Shown here: positions 14,235 through 23,120 of the stretch, one piece after another
Layout of the letters: each line of letters begins with the position of its first letter
Position numbering within the stretch: position 1 is the first letter of the stretch
NCBI GenBank assembly: GCA_964462215.1
Contig: CAYWVZ010000006.1
Location: 1-55,416 of the forward strand
From: an uncultured Candidatus Saccharibacteria bacterium
GTDB taxonomy: Bacteria; Patescibacteriota; Saccharimonadia; Saccharimonadales; JAUPVS01
Direction of reading: 5' to 3'
DNA length: 55,416 bases
Translations under genes and position numbers: made by a program
The notes under the pieces: model-generated
The model's database searches: none
Told to the model about the DNA's origin: nothing
Seen by the model: only the letters and a program-made list of their open reading frames with translations

Positions 14235-16448
14235 TTAGCGGGCTAGATATTCGTCTTTGGGGTCTTCTTCGGGAGGTTCGGCAGTAGCGTCGGCCGGGCC
14301 GCCGAAAACATCATCCAAAGAAGTGATCAGCACCTCGCGCGGCCGGGCGCCGTCAGCCGGGCCGACAATGCCCTGCTCTTCCATGGCTTCAATCATGCGG
14401 GCGGCCCGGGCGTATCCAACCCGCAAACGCCGTTGCAATAAGCTGGTACTGGCCTTTTTACCTTCGACAACCACCCGTACAGCGTCTTTCCACATATCGT
14501 CGTCGGCATCGCTGCCAAAGTCGGCGACCACGCCGCCGCGGCCGTTTAATTGCACCGGTTGGCTGACAACTTCGTCATCATACTGCGGCGGCCGTTGCAT
14601 ACGGATAAAATCGGCAACTTTGACTGTTTCGGCGTCTTCAATCAGGGCGGCTTGGACACGTTTGGGTTTGGGCATATCGGCGGTCAAGAGCAGCATGTCA
14701 CCCCGCCCGAGTAGCTTTTCGGCACCAATCTGGTCAATGATTGTCCGTGAGTCGACCTGGCTAGCCGTTGTAAAGGCGATTCGGGCCGGCACGTTGGCTT
14801 TAATCAAGCCGGTAATAACATCGACTGAGGGGCGCTGAGTGGCCAACACCAGGTGGATACCGGCCGCCCGGGCCTTCTGGGCCAAACGGACTATCAGGGC
14901 CTCGACATCACGGGCGGCCATCATCATCAGGTCGGCCAATTCATCGATAACTATAACGATATAGGGCATGCCCTCTTCTTTTTTGAGGTTGTTATACTCA
15001 ACGATATTACGGCGGCCGACTTCGGCCATGGTCTTAAGCCGGCGGTCCATTTCGGCCACGGCCCACTTGAGCGCGCTAATACATTTTTCGGGGTCATGGA
15101 TGACCGGGGCTAGCAGGTGCGGAATGTCATTATACGGTGTTAATTCCACCTGTTTGGGGTCAACCAGAATCAGTTTAAGGTCGGCCGGGCTGTTGCGGTA
15201 TAGTAAGCTGGTCAAAATATCGTTTATCATTACCGATTTACCGGAACCGGTCTGGCCGGCTACCAGCAGGTGGGGCATCTTTGCCAGGTCGCCGATTATC
15301 GGCGTGCCGGCAATGTCCTTACCAATGACAAAACCAAGCGGCCCTTTGGTGTCTTGCCACTCGCGCGATTGCAATAAACTGCTGATACGGACAGTGGCCG
15401 GTTTGACGTTCGGCACCTCGATACCAACCGCCCGTTTGCCCGGAATCGGCGCTTCGATACGAATCGAATGTGCCGCCAAATCCAGAGCCAGGTTATTCTC
15501 CAGGGCCGTAATCTTAGTTAGTTTCACCCCTGTTGGCGGTTTCATAGTGTACTGCGTGACGCGCGGCCCGATGTTGGCCCCTTCCATATCTACGTCGATA
15601 TTAAAGTGCGCGAACGACTCCTCAATGGCTTTGGCGTTGCCCTCAACATCGCCGGCATCGGCCTTGTCTTGCTTCTGGTTCAGCAGGTCCATGCCCGGGA
15701 ACTTCCAGTTTGGGTCACTGGCCGTCGTCAAAGCCTGATGGTCATCAGCCGGCGCCAATTTTTGAGCCGAGTTACGGAAACTGCTCAGACGAGCCGGCGT
15801 CTTACCGCCGTGGTGTTCCACCGGCACCCCTTCGTTAAGCGTAAAATTAGTACCTTCGGCTTTTTGCTTGAGAGAGTCCAGCTCGCCCTCTTCTTGAGGC
15901 TGCCGCTTAAACAGGTTGCCCAGGCTCAGGATGACCTTAGGAGAGATACCAAAGACAAAGAAACAGGCCAGCACCGCGAAAACAAAGAATAAGAGGCTGG
16001 CCGGAACTTTGTCGAGCACCGTTAGCGCGGCGTTGCCGAGCACGCGGCCGATCTCGCCGCCGTGGCCGCCGACGTATTCGTTGAACGCGTCTTTGCTCAC
16101 AAAGGCCACGTGCAGCCAGGCGGCTGACAATATTAAAAATGCCACCATGCCGGCGAATTTACCCAAAGGAATCTGACGGTCTTCGCTGGTAAACTTAAGG
16201 ATGCCGAAGAAAACCAGGGCTACCGGCGCCAGCCAGGCCCCCCAGCCCAAGGCCCAGTAGGCTCCGTAAAACAGGCGTTCCGGCAACACACCACCGGCGC
16301 CAAAGCCGCCAATCAGCAAAAAGACGGCCAGGACTATCATAATGATGGCGCCGGCCAGCGGCCAGAACGGCGAGCGCTCGACGGTTTCTTCAACCTTCTT
16401 GCGGCTCTTGCTGGTTGTTCTACGGGTTTGTTTTTTCTTTTTTGCCAT
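14235..16448 (-). CDS. ftsK: DNA translocase FtsK
   Basis: Start at MAKKKKQTRR (ATG 16448). Four N-terminal TM spans, a linker, Walker A GQTGSGKS, and a gamma domain LLQRRLRVGYARAARMIEAMEEQGIV. Confidence 0.9.
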   Translation of the reverse strand: MAKKKKQTRRTTSKSRKKVEETVERSPFWPLAGAIIMIVLAVFLLIGGFGAGGVLPERLFYGAYWALGWGAWLAPVALVFFGILKFTSEDRQIPLGKFAGMVAFLILSAAWLHVAFVSKDAFNEYVGGHGGEIGRVLGNAALTVLDKVPASLLFFVFAVLACFFVFGISPKVILSLGNLFKRQPQEEGELDSLKQKAEGTNFTLNEGVPVEHHGGKTPARLSSFRNSAQKLAPADDHQALTTASDPNWKFPGMDLLNQKQDKADAGDVEGNAKAIEESFAHFNIDVDMEGANIGPRVTQYTMKPPTGVKLTKITALENNLALDLAAHSIRIEAPIPGKRAVGIEVPNVKPATVRISSLLQSREWQDTKGPLGFVIGKDIAGTPIIGDLAKMPHLLVAGQTGSGKSVMINDILTSLLYRNSPADLKLILVDPKQVELTPYNDIPHLLAPVIHDPEKCISALKWAVAEMDRRLKTMAEVGRRNIVEYNNLKKEEGMPYIVIVIDELADLMMMAARDVEALIVRLAQKARAAGIHLVLATQRPSVDVITGLIKANVPARIAFTTASQVDSRTIIDQIGAEKLLGRGDMLLLTADMPKPKRVQAALIEDAETVKVADFIRMQRPPQYDDEVVSQPVQLNGRGGVVADFGSDADDDMWKDAVRVVVEGKKASTSLLQRRLRVGYARAARMIEAMEEQGIVGPADGARPREVLITSLDDVFGGPADATAEPPEEDPKDEYLAR

Positions 16449-16491
16449 AATCGTTTTATTATACCCCTCTCTTATCTGGTGTGCTAGCGGA

Positions 16492-16773
16492 TTATAGTTT
16501 GCCTCCGAAGGCCAGAGCGTGCAGGACCTGGCCTTTGGTCCAGGTATCAAGCTGCTGCATATCCTCAAAGGCTTCTTTGCGCCGGTGTATAGCGGCGGCG
16601 ATCATATTCAGCTCAGTAAGATTAGCCCGATTAAAGTCATCCGCAGAAAGGTTGCATCTGGCAATAAGCTGTTCCCGGGCAAAAATCAAATCGAGCAGCT
16701 CCGGGTCGTATGAAGCTTCTTGGACCATTTCGGGTGTGTAGTCGCCTGGTTGGCCGAGGAACTCTGTTTCCAT
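16492..16773 (-). CDS. Small acidic hypothetical protein
   Basis: 93-aa ORF between rnj and ftsK on the same strand. No family recognised. Confidence 0.4.
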   Translation of the reverse strand: METEFLGQPGDYTPEMVQEASYDPELLDLIFAREQLIARCNLSADDFNRANLTELNMIAAAIHRRKEAFEDMQQLDTWTKGQVLHALAFGGKL

Positions 16774-16835
16774 GACGTTATTATAGCAAAATTTACATCA
16801 TTTGTCAATCAGGCGGGCGCAGTCACGGCGGGCGT

Positions 16836-18938
16836 CTAGTCGGGCTGGTCTTGGCCGAGCAGGCGGGCGCGCATTTCCTGGAAGCGTTTTTGCTGGTCTT
16901 GCACCAGATCTTCGCTGGACTTAGGCTTTTTATTGGTGCCGTTATTGGTATGCCCGGCCTTGGCTTCTACCTTGCCGCCGACCACATTAACCACCGGAAT
17001 CACAATCGGCGCCCGGCCGGTGTGTTCGAATAAGAAATGGGTAACGTGCTCTTTGAGTTCCTGCTTAAAGCGGTCCAGGTCAACCCGTTTGAAGCGCTGG
17101 GCCACGGCCCGCCGCAGTTCGGTGCGGAAGTTGTTCATCAGCTCTTCGGAGTCGCGCATATAAATGAAGCCGCGGCTAATGATATCGGGGCTGGTGAGCA
17201 GCGCGCCGGTCTTGCGGTCGATAGTCAACACCACGGCCACCAGGCCCTCTTCGGCCAGCATCAGACGATCTTTTACGACCACGTTGTTAACAATCGCGCC
17301 GGTTTGGTCTACTAAAATCACGCCGGATGGTACTTTGCCGATAATCTCCATTTTGTCGGGCGTCAACGCTACGACGTCACCGTTATCGCAGTTAAGGGTG
17401 TTTTTGCGCGGAATCCCCTCTTGGACGGCAATCTCGATATGCTGCCGCTTGGCCGTAAAGTCGCCGTAAATCGGGATGAAGAACTTGGGTTTGGTCATGT
17501 CAATCATATCGCGGTATTCTTCGATGCTGGCATGCCCTGAGACGTGCAGCGGGCCGCAGCCGTCAACTTCGCGGGTTTCGTGCCGGAAGACATGTACGCC
17601 TTTACGGAACAGGTCGTCCACCATCGACCGGACCAAGGCGTCGTTACCGGTATATGGAATCGGTGAGCTCGACAGCACCACAGTATCTTCTTCTTTGAGC
17701 TTGATGTGTCGGTGTTCGCCGTTGCTCATTCGCTGCAGCGCTGAGTTCGGCTCGCCTTGTGAGCCGGTACAAATGACCACGACTTCATCGTCTTTCATGT
17801 TGCCGACGCCGGCGATTGGCACAAATGTGCCCTTGGGAATCTTCACGAATCCGTGGCGCACGGCCATTTCAAGCGTACTGACCATGCTGCGGCCGTCCAT
17901 AGCGACCTTGCGGCCGTTGTGGACAGCGGCGTTGATGATCATCTGGACGCGGTTCATGTTAGTCGAAAACAGACCGACAAAAATACGGCCCGGCGCCTGC
18001 GCCATAATGTCCATAAAGCTTTGTTCGATGGTACTTTCGCTGGGCGTGCGGCCCGGCCGTTCGGTGGTGGTACTTTCGCTCAGCAGGGCTAAAACGCCTT
18101 CTTTGCCAAGCTCCAACAGCCGTTGCGTATCGGTCCGTTCGTGGTCAAGCGGGTTGGGGTCAAGCCGGAAGTCACCGGTGTTAATGATGCGGCCGACCGG
18201 TGTGTCGACAACAACACAGGTACTACCCGGAATGGAGTGCGTAACTCGCACCAGCTCCACAAAAAACTGGCCGATCTTAAGCCGTTCGTGGTTGTTTTCG
18301 TTCATAATGACGGTTTTGAGCTCAAAGCCCGCAGGCATCGGTAGCCCGAAGTTGTGGAAAATCTCTTCGACGCGGCCGATGGTGAAACGACTGCCGTAAA
18401 CCGGTGCCGGAAACTTCGGCAGAATATGGGGCAAGCCGCCGATGTGGTCCAGGTGGCCGTGCGTAATAATATAGCCTTTAAGTTTAGGCCGGATAGTTTC
18501 GAGATACGAAGTGTCGGCAATACCGTAATTAATGCCCGGCAGGTCAACTCCCAGGTCATTACCGCAATCTAAAATGATAGCGTCGTTGAGATATTCCAGC
18601 ACCAGCATGTTTTTCGAGCCACCGCTGTCCTGGCCGCCGAGCGGAATGAGCTTGAGGCGCGGGCTATCATCTATGAAGTTGGCTCGTTTGGGGTGCTCGG
18701 CACTCGCCGCGGCGCCTGGCAAATACTGGTTGGCGATGCGCTGGGCGTCATCCTGATTGCGCCGCTGGGCGCGAATAGCCGCGCCGCGGCTGGCACCCCG
18801 TCCGAGACTGCTGTTACCGTCTTTTTTAGGCGGCCGGCCCTGGCCCTTGCCGCGCGGTTTGGCGGCCGGTTTGTTGGCCGGCTTATCAGCTCGCGGCTGG
18901 CGCGGCGGATGGTGATTTTTTGGTGTATCTTTTTCCAT
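16836..18938 (-). CDS. rnj: Ribonuclease J with ~95-aa basic disordered N-terminal extension
   Basis: 700 aa. Metallo-beta-lactamase motif THGHLDHIGG, a beta-CASP region, and a C-terminal domain. AAGGAG SD upstream. The N-terminus is rich in Pro/Lys/Arg/Gly (PPRQPRADKPANKPAAKPRGKGQGRPPKK). Confidence 0.9.
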   Translation of the reverse strand: MEKDTPKNHHPPRQPRADKPANKPAAKPRGKGQGRPPKKDGNSSLGRGASRGAAIRAQRRNQDDAQRIANQYLPGAAASAEHPKRANFIDDSPRLKLIPLGGQDSGGSKNMLVLEYLNDAIILDCGNDLGVDLPGINYGIADTSYLETIRPKLKGYIITHGHLDHIGGLPHILPKFPAPVYGSRFTIGRVEEIFHNFGLPMPAGFELKTVIMNENNHERLKIGQFFVELVRVTHSIPGSTCVVVDTPVGRIINTGDFRLDPNPLDHERTDTQRLLELGKEGVLALLSESTTTERPGRTPSESTIEQSFMDIMAQAPGRIFVGLFSTNMNRVQMIINAAVHNGRKVAMDGRSMVSTLEMAVRHGFVKIPKGTFVPIAGVGNMKDDEVVVICTGSQGEPNSALQRMSNGEHRHIKLKEEDTVVLSSSPIPYTGNDALVRSMVDDLFRKGVHVFRHETREVDGCGPLHVSGHASIEEYRDMIDMTKPKFFIPIYGDFTAKRQHIEIAVQEGIPRKNTLNCDNGDVVALTPDKMEIIGKVPSGVILVDQTGAIVNNVVVKDRLMLAEEGLVAVVLTIDRKTGALLTSPDIISRGFIYMRDSEELMNNFRTELRRAVAQRFKRVDLDRFKQELKEHVTHFLFEHTGRAPIVIPVVNVVGGKVEAKAGHTNNGTNKKPKSSEDLVQDQQKRFQEMRARLLGQDQPD

Positions 18939-18943
18939 ATAGG

Positions 18944-19525
18944 TTAGTTCTCCTTTTCGTTAATAAGTTCGAGGATGGCCGGAATAGTCATAAAGTCATC
19001 AATTACTGTCTGGCGCATACCTCCGTTGTATAGTGCAGCGGCCGGGTGGAACAGCGGCAAATAGACCTGCCCGTCTTTGCGTTTGGGCTGACCGTGCACT
19101 TGGCTGATTTTCAGCCCGGGCAGAAAGCATTCCATGCTGTGCCTGCCTAGGGTGACAATCACTTTTGGCCGCATAATCGCCATCTGCTCTTGCAGATACG
19201 GCAAAAAGGCGGCTTTTTCTTCGGGATACGGGTCGCGGTTGTTCGGCGGCCGGTATTTAACGATGTTGGTGATATAAACATCTTCCCGCTTGAGCCCGAT
19301 CATCTCTAACATCTCATTCAAAAACTTGCCGGCGGCACCGACGAACGGTTTGCCCTGAATATCTTCGTTCTTGCCTGGTGCCTCGCCGATAAACACCACC
19401 TTGGCATCGGCGCTGCCGTCGCCAAAGACCAGCTGGGTGGCCTGCCCGGCCAGTTCCGGACAGATGTTGTCAGCCAGAATCTTAGCTTTTAGTGTGTCGA
19501 GTTTTGCCTGTTTTTGACTGGCCAT
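18944..19525 (-). CDS. Family-4 uracil-DNA glycosylase
   Basis: 193 aa. VVFIGEAPG, FVGAAGKFLNEML, and LFHPAAALYN motifs. Confidence 0.8.
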   Translation of the reverse strand: MASQKQAKLDTLKAKILADNICPELAGQATQLVFGDGSADAKVVFIGEAPGKNEDIQGKPFVGAAGKFLNEMLEMIGLKREDVYITNIVKYRPPNNRDPYPEEKAAFLPYLQEQMAIMRPKVIVTLGRHSMECFLPGLKISQVHGQPKRKDGQVYLPLFHPAAALYNGGMRQTVIDDFMTIPAILELINEKEN

Positions 19526-19733
19526 GTATAAGCGCCTTGATTAGAAATATAAAGTTTTTGACAGTACCAATAAAGAAAAGGGCGGTGACCAGATACAACA
19601 GCAGGCTGCCCGAATCGATGGACCAAGAGGCGAAGCCATAGGTCAATAGCGCTTCGACCAGCGTAAATGTTGCTAGGCCAGCCACGGTGTGCTGCTTCCA
19701 TTGGCTGAACCTGTCTAGTTTATGTTTGCCCAT
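19482..19733 (-). CDS. Small two-TM membrane protein (hypothetical)
   Basis: 83-aa ORF with two hydrophobic spans (VAGLATFTLVEALLTYGFASW; LLLYLVTALFFIGTV). Overlaps the UDG start by 44 nt. Confidence 0.4.
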   Translation of the reverse strand: MGKHKLDRFSQWKQHTVAGLATFTLVEALLTYGFASWSIDSGSLLLYLVTALFFIGTVKNFIFLIKALIHGQSKTGKTRHTKS

Positions 19734-19749
19734 ACCACCCTTCCTTTCC

Positions 19750-21894
19750 TTATTGCTTGGCGTCTTTTTGTTCGCGGGCAGCAGCCTTCATACTAAGCTG
19801 CAAGCGGCCGCGGTCATCAATCGCCACTAACTTAACGGTTACTTTGTCGCCCTCTTTTAGGACGTCGCTGGGTTTTTCGACCCGCTCTTCCTTGATTTCG
19901 CTGACGTGCACCAGGCCGTCTTTGCCCGGCATAATCTGCACGAAGGCACCGAAGTCCATCACGCTGACCACCGGTGCACCGACGTAAATCTTGCCGACTT
20001 CCGGCTCGGCCGTGATGCTTTCAATGTACTGTTTGGCGGCGTCAATCGACTTCTTGTCGGGGCTGGCAATAAATACCAAGCCGTCGTCCTTGATGTCGAT
20101 CTCGGCGCCGGTTTCGGCGATAATCTTGTTGATGGTTTCACCGCCCTTGCCAATTACTTCGCGGATTTTATCGGGATTAATCTTGATAGACTCCACGCGC
20201 GGCGCGTAGGCGCTCATCTCGCCCGGTTCTTTAATGGTGGCGAGCATGTGCTCCAAAATAAACGCCCGGCCGTCTTTGCCTTGCAACAAGGCTTGTTTGA
20301 GCACTTTGACCGGCAACCCGTGGACTTTCATGTCCATCTGCAGAGCCGTAATGCCTTTGGTGGTACCGGTTACCTTAAAGTCCATGTCACCGGCGAAATC
20401 TTCGGCGTCGGCGATGTCGCTGAGGATGTATGGTGTGTCACCGTCCATCATCAGGCCCATGGCAATACCGCTAACCGGCCGCTTCAGCGGCACACCGGCG
20501 TTCATTAGCGCCAAACAGCTGGAACAGGTAGCAGCCATAGAGGTGGAGCCGTTTTGGCTCATAATTTCGGTGACTGAGCGCATGGTGTACGGGAACTCTT
20601 CTTCGCTCGGCAAAACAGCTGTTAGGGCGCGTTCCGCCAGGTAGCCGTGGCCGATTTCCCGCCGTCCGGGCGAACCCAGGCGTTTGACTTCGCCAACCGT
20701 CCAGCCGGGGGCGTTATAGTGGTGCAGATAGCGGCGTTCGCCTTCTTTTTCCATGGTGTCAACCAGTTGCACATAGCTCAGCGGCGCCAAGGTCACGATG
20801 TTCATGGCCTGCGTCAGGCCGCGCGTAAAGATACTGGAACCGTGAGCCCGCGGCAAAATACCGATTTCGCTGCTCAAAGGACGGATTTCGGTCAGGCTGC
20901 GGCCGTCAGGACGCACTTGCTCTTTGACGATGCCCTCGCGGACGTCTTTGTGCAGGGCCATGGTAAAGGCATCGTCGTATTCGCGCTTTTGTTCGGCGAA
21001 AGCCTCTTCGCCGATTTCGGCGATAAAGTGCTCGTACATCTGGTTACGGACTTTTTTAACGAGGTCGTTACGCTCCGGATACGGCTGGCGCAAACCGGTG
21101 CCCAATTTACCGGCCACCCAGGTGTCTACCCGCTGTTGAATATCGCTGTCGGGCAGCGTTAAGCTGTATTCCTGCGGTGTTACGCCGACTTTTTCTACCA
21201 GTTCCTTTTGCAGGGCAATAGCCGGCTGAATAGCATCGTGGCCAAACTGCAACGCGCCGGCGATTTCTTCTTCGGTAACTTCGTTGGCGCCGGCTTCGAC
21301 CATCATAATGGCGTCGCCTGTACCGGCCACAACCAGGTCAAGCTTGCCGGTGTTAAGCTCTTCGGCGGTGGCAAAGGTCGTGTAATTACCCTGTCCGTCC
21401 ATGCCGACGCGTACGCCGGCCACCGGCCCTTCAAACGGCGCGCCGGTCAGCATAAAGGCGGCGCTCATGGCGACCATGGCGACCATGTCGGGGCGAAACG
21501 CCGGATCCATGCTCAGAACCGTAGCAATGCCCTGGACTTCGTGACGGTAGCCTTTTGGCCATAACGGCCGGATCGGCCGGTCAATCAGGCGGCCAATCAG
21601 TACGGCGTCATCGCTGGGACGACCTTCGCGCTTAATAAAGCGGCTGCCGCTGATCTTACCGGCGGCGTACATCTTTTCTTCGTAATCGATACTGAGCGGA
21701 AAGTAGTCAAAGCCGTGCAGCGGGCTGTTGCCCACCATCGCGGTACCCAATACAACGGTGTCGCCATAGCGGGCGACCACTGTGGCTGTGCTGCGGAAGC
21801 CGACGCGGCCGACTTCGAGCGTCAGCGTCCGGCCGCAAAACTCAGTTTCGACGGAAATTATTTTTTTACCCAAAGGGTTTAGTGTGTGTCCCAT
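19750..21894 (-). CDS. pnp: Polyribonucleotide nucleotidyltransferase (PNPase)
   Basis: Two RNase PH domains plus KH (REVIGKGGETINKI) and S1 (VGKIYVGAPVVSVMDFGAFVQI). ATG 21894 has AAAGGA upstream. The ORF-track start at 21927 is 11 codons further up. Confidence 0.92.
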   Translation of the reverse strand: MGHTLNPLGKKIISVETEFCGRTLTLEVGRVGFRSTATVVARYGDTVVLGTAMVGNSPLHGFDYFPLSIDYEEKMYAAGKISGSRFIKREGRPSDDAVLIGRLIDRPIRPLWPKGYRHEVQGIATVLSMDPAFRPDMVAMVAMSAAFMLTGAPFEGPVAGVRVGMDGQGNYTTFATAEELNTGKLDLVVAGTGDAIMMVEAGANEVTEEEIAGALQFGHDAIQPAIALQKELVEKVGVTPQEYSLTLPDSDIQQRVDTWVAGKLGTGLRQPYPERNDLVKKVRNQMYEHFIAEIGEEAFAEQKREYDDAFTMALHKDVREGIVKEQVRPDGRSLTEIRPLSSEIGILPRAHGSSIFTRGLTQAMNIVTLAPLSYVQLVDTMEKEGERRYLHHYNAPGWTVGEVKRLGSPGRREIGHGYLAERALTAVLPSEEEFPYTMRSVTEIMSQNGSTSMAATCSSCLALMNAGVPLKRPVSGIAMGLMMDGDTPYILSDIADAEDFAGDMDFKVTGTTKGITALQMDMKVHGLPVKVLKQALLQGKDGRAFILEHMLATIKEPGEMSAYAPRVESIKINPDKIREVIGKGGETINKIIAETGAEIDIKDDGLVFIASPDKKSIDAAKQYIESITAEPEVGKIYVGAPVVSVMDFGAFVQIMPGKDGLVHVSEIKEERVEKPSDVLKEGDKVTVKLVAIDDRGRLQLSMKAAAREQKDAKQ

Positions 21895-21940
21895 GGTTGG
21901 TCCTTTCTGGGATAGGGTTCGTTGCATAGTTCAAATATAC

Positions 21941-22035
21941 GGCCGGCGCTTGTGCAAAATTGAGGTGCCGAGCATATATCTGTTACCCTACAACGAACCG
22001 TACGTTTAGGCGTTAATGTGCACAAGCTTGCGGCC
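21941..22035 (-). promoter_or_regulatory. Long stem-loop in the rpsO-pnp intergenic leader
   Basis: GGCCGGCGCTTGTGCA (21941-21956) pairs with TGCACAAGCTTGCGGCC (22019-22035), giving 9 + 5 bp arms around an internal loop. Its position matches the pnp autoregulatory/RNase III leader known in other bacteria. Confidence 0.4.
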
Positions 22036-22065
22036 CTTTTGCGGAGCCGGTCGAGTCTGGGCAGA

Positions 22066-22332
22066 TTAGCGGCGAATGCCGAGTTTTTCTGTCAGTTCCA
22101 GATAGGTGTTACTGTCTTGCTTAGCCAAGTAGCGCAGCAAGCGCTTGCGTTGCCCCACCATTTGCAACAACCCGCGGCGCGCCGCGAAGTCTTTCTTGTT
22201 GGCTTTGAGATGGCCGGTTAGCTCGTTGATGCGGGCGGTCAAAATACCAATCTGCACCTCTGGTGAGCCGGTATCCTTTTTGTTGGTTTGCAGGTCGCTA
22301 ATAATCTTCTGTTTCTTATCGGTCGAAATCAT
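22066..22332 (-). CDS. rpsO: 30S ribosomal protein S15
   Basis: 88 aa. ...[50 protein letters not shown]. Confidence 0.95.
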   Translation of the reverse strand: MISTDKKQKIISDLQTNKKDTGSPEVQIGILTARINELTGHLKANKKDFAARRGLLQMVGQRKRLLRYLAKQDSNTYLELTEKLGIRR

Positions 22333-22415
22333 CTGGTTCCTTATGGTTACTGATAGAGATTGATGGCGTTACCGATGATTATAGCAAACTCGTATCTGTT
22401 TTACAAGTTTTGTAC

Positions 22416-23117
22416 TCACTTTGCGGTCCGCAGATTTTGGTAGATAGCTTCTGAACTCAAATTGTCGGCAGGCAGCGCGTTATCCAGAGTAGAATCACCT
22501 ACCGTCAGGCGGCGCAAACCGGTGGTATAAGCGCCGGTTTTGAGATGTTTGCCGATGTCTTCAACCAGGGTGCGGATGTAGGTGCCGCTGGAAACGTCGA
22601 CGGTGAAGTTGAGCGTGGGATAGGCGTACCCAACGTCCGTGTAGCCATGAACGGTTACGCTGCGCGGGTCAATTTTGACGGCTTTGCCTTGGCGCGCCAA
22701 TTTGTAGGCCCGCTGGCCGCCGACCTTAACGGCTGAGTAGACCGGCGGTACCTGGCTTAGAGTGCCGGTAAACCGTTCCAGAGCTGTCCGTACCTCTGTT
22801 AGACTTGGTTGGACGTCCGAAACAAGGCTTTTCTCCCCTTCCTCGTCGCCAGTGGTACTAATTTGGCCCAAACGAGCTGTTACGGCGTAGGTTTTGTCGA
22901 GTTTACTGAATTCCTGGGCGCGTTTGCAGTAGGAGCCGATCAGAATCACCATTAGGCCGGTGGCCAGCGGGTCAAGGGTACCGGCATGACCGACTTTGGG
23001 TTTGGCTACACCGCTGACACGCGCAATGCCGCGTACTTTGGCCACCACGTCAAACGATGTCCAGCCGCTAGGCTTATCGACTAATACTATCCCGTCCATA
23101 CCGGTAGAGTGTAGCAT
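22416..23117 (-). CDS. truB: tRNA pseudouridine-55 synthase TruB
   Basis: GIVLVDKPSGWTSFDVV ... VGHAGTLDPLATGLMVILIG (catalytic Asp motif). Starts 3 nt after the upstream stop. Confidence 0.9.
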   Translation of the reverse strand: MLHSTGMDGIVLVDKPSGWTSFDVVAKVRGIARVSGVAKPKVGHAGTLDPLATGLMVILIGSYCKRAQEFSKLDKTYAVTARLGQISTTGDEEGEKSLVSDVQPSLTEVRTALERFTGTLSQVPPVYSAVKVGGQRAYKLARQGKAVKIDPRSVTVHGYTDVGYAYPTLNFTVDVSSGTYIRTLVEDIGKHLKTGAYTTGLRRLTVGDSTLDNALPADNLSSEAIYQNLRTAK

Positions 23118-23120
23118 GCC

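Noticed and set aside
17476-18399. 307-aa + strand ORF antisense to RNase J. Similar cases: 14968-15738 and 14257-14838 over ftsK, 19906-20508 and 20647-21162 over pnp, 34577-35266 over dnaG, 22996-23481 and 23824-24318 over truB/DHH, 36380-36907 over orn, 50515-50994 and 49807-50328 over murE.
   Set aside because: All lie opposite genes with strong family signatures. They are Ser/Arg/Ala-rich, have no SD or promoter context, and would require complete gene-on-gene overlap.
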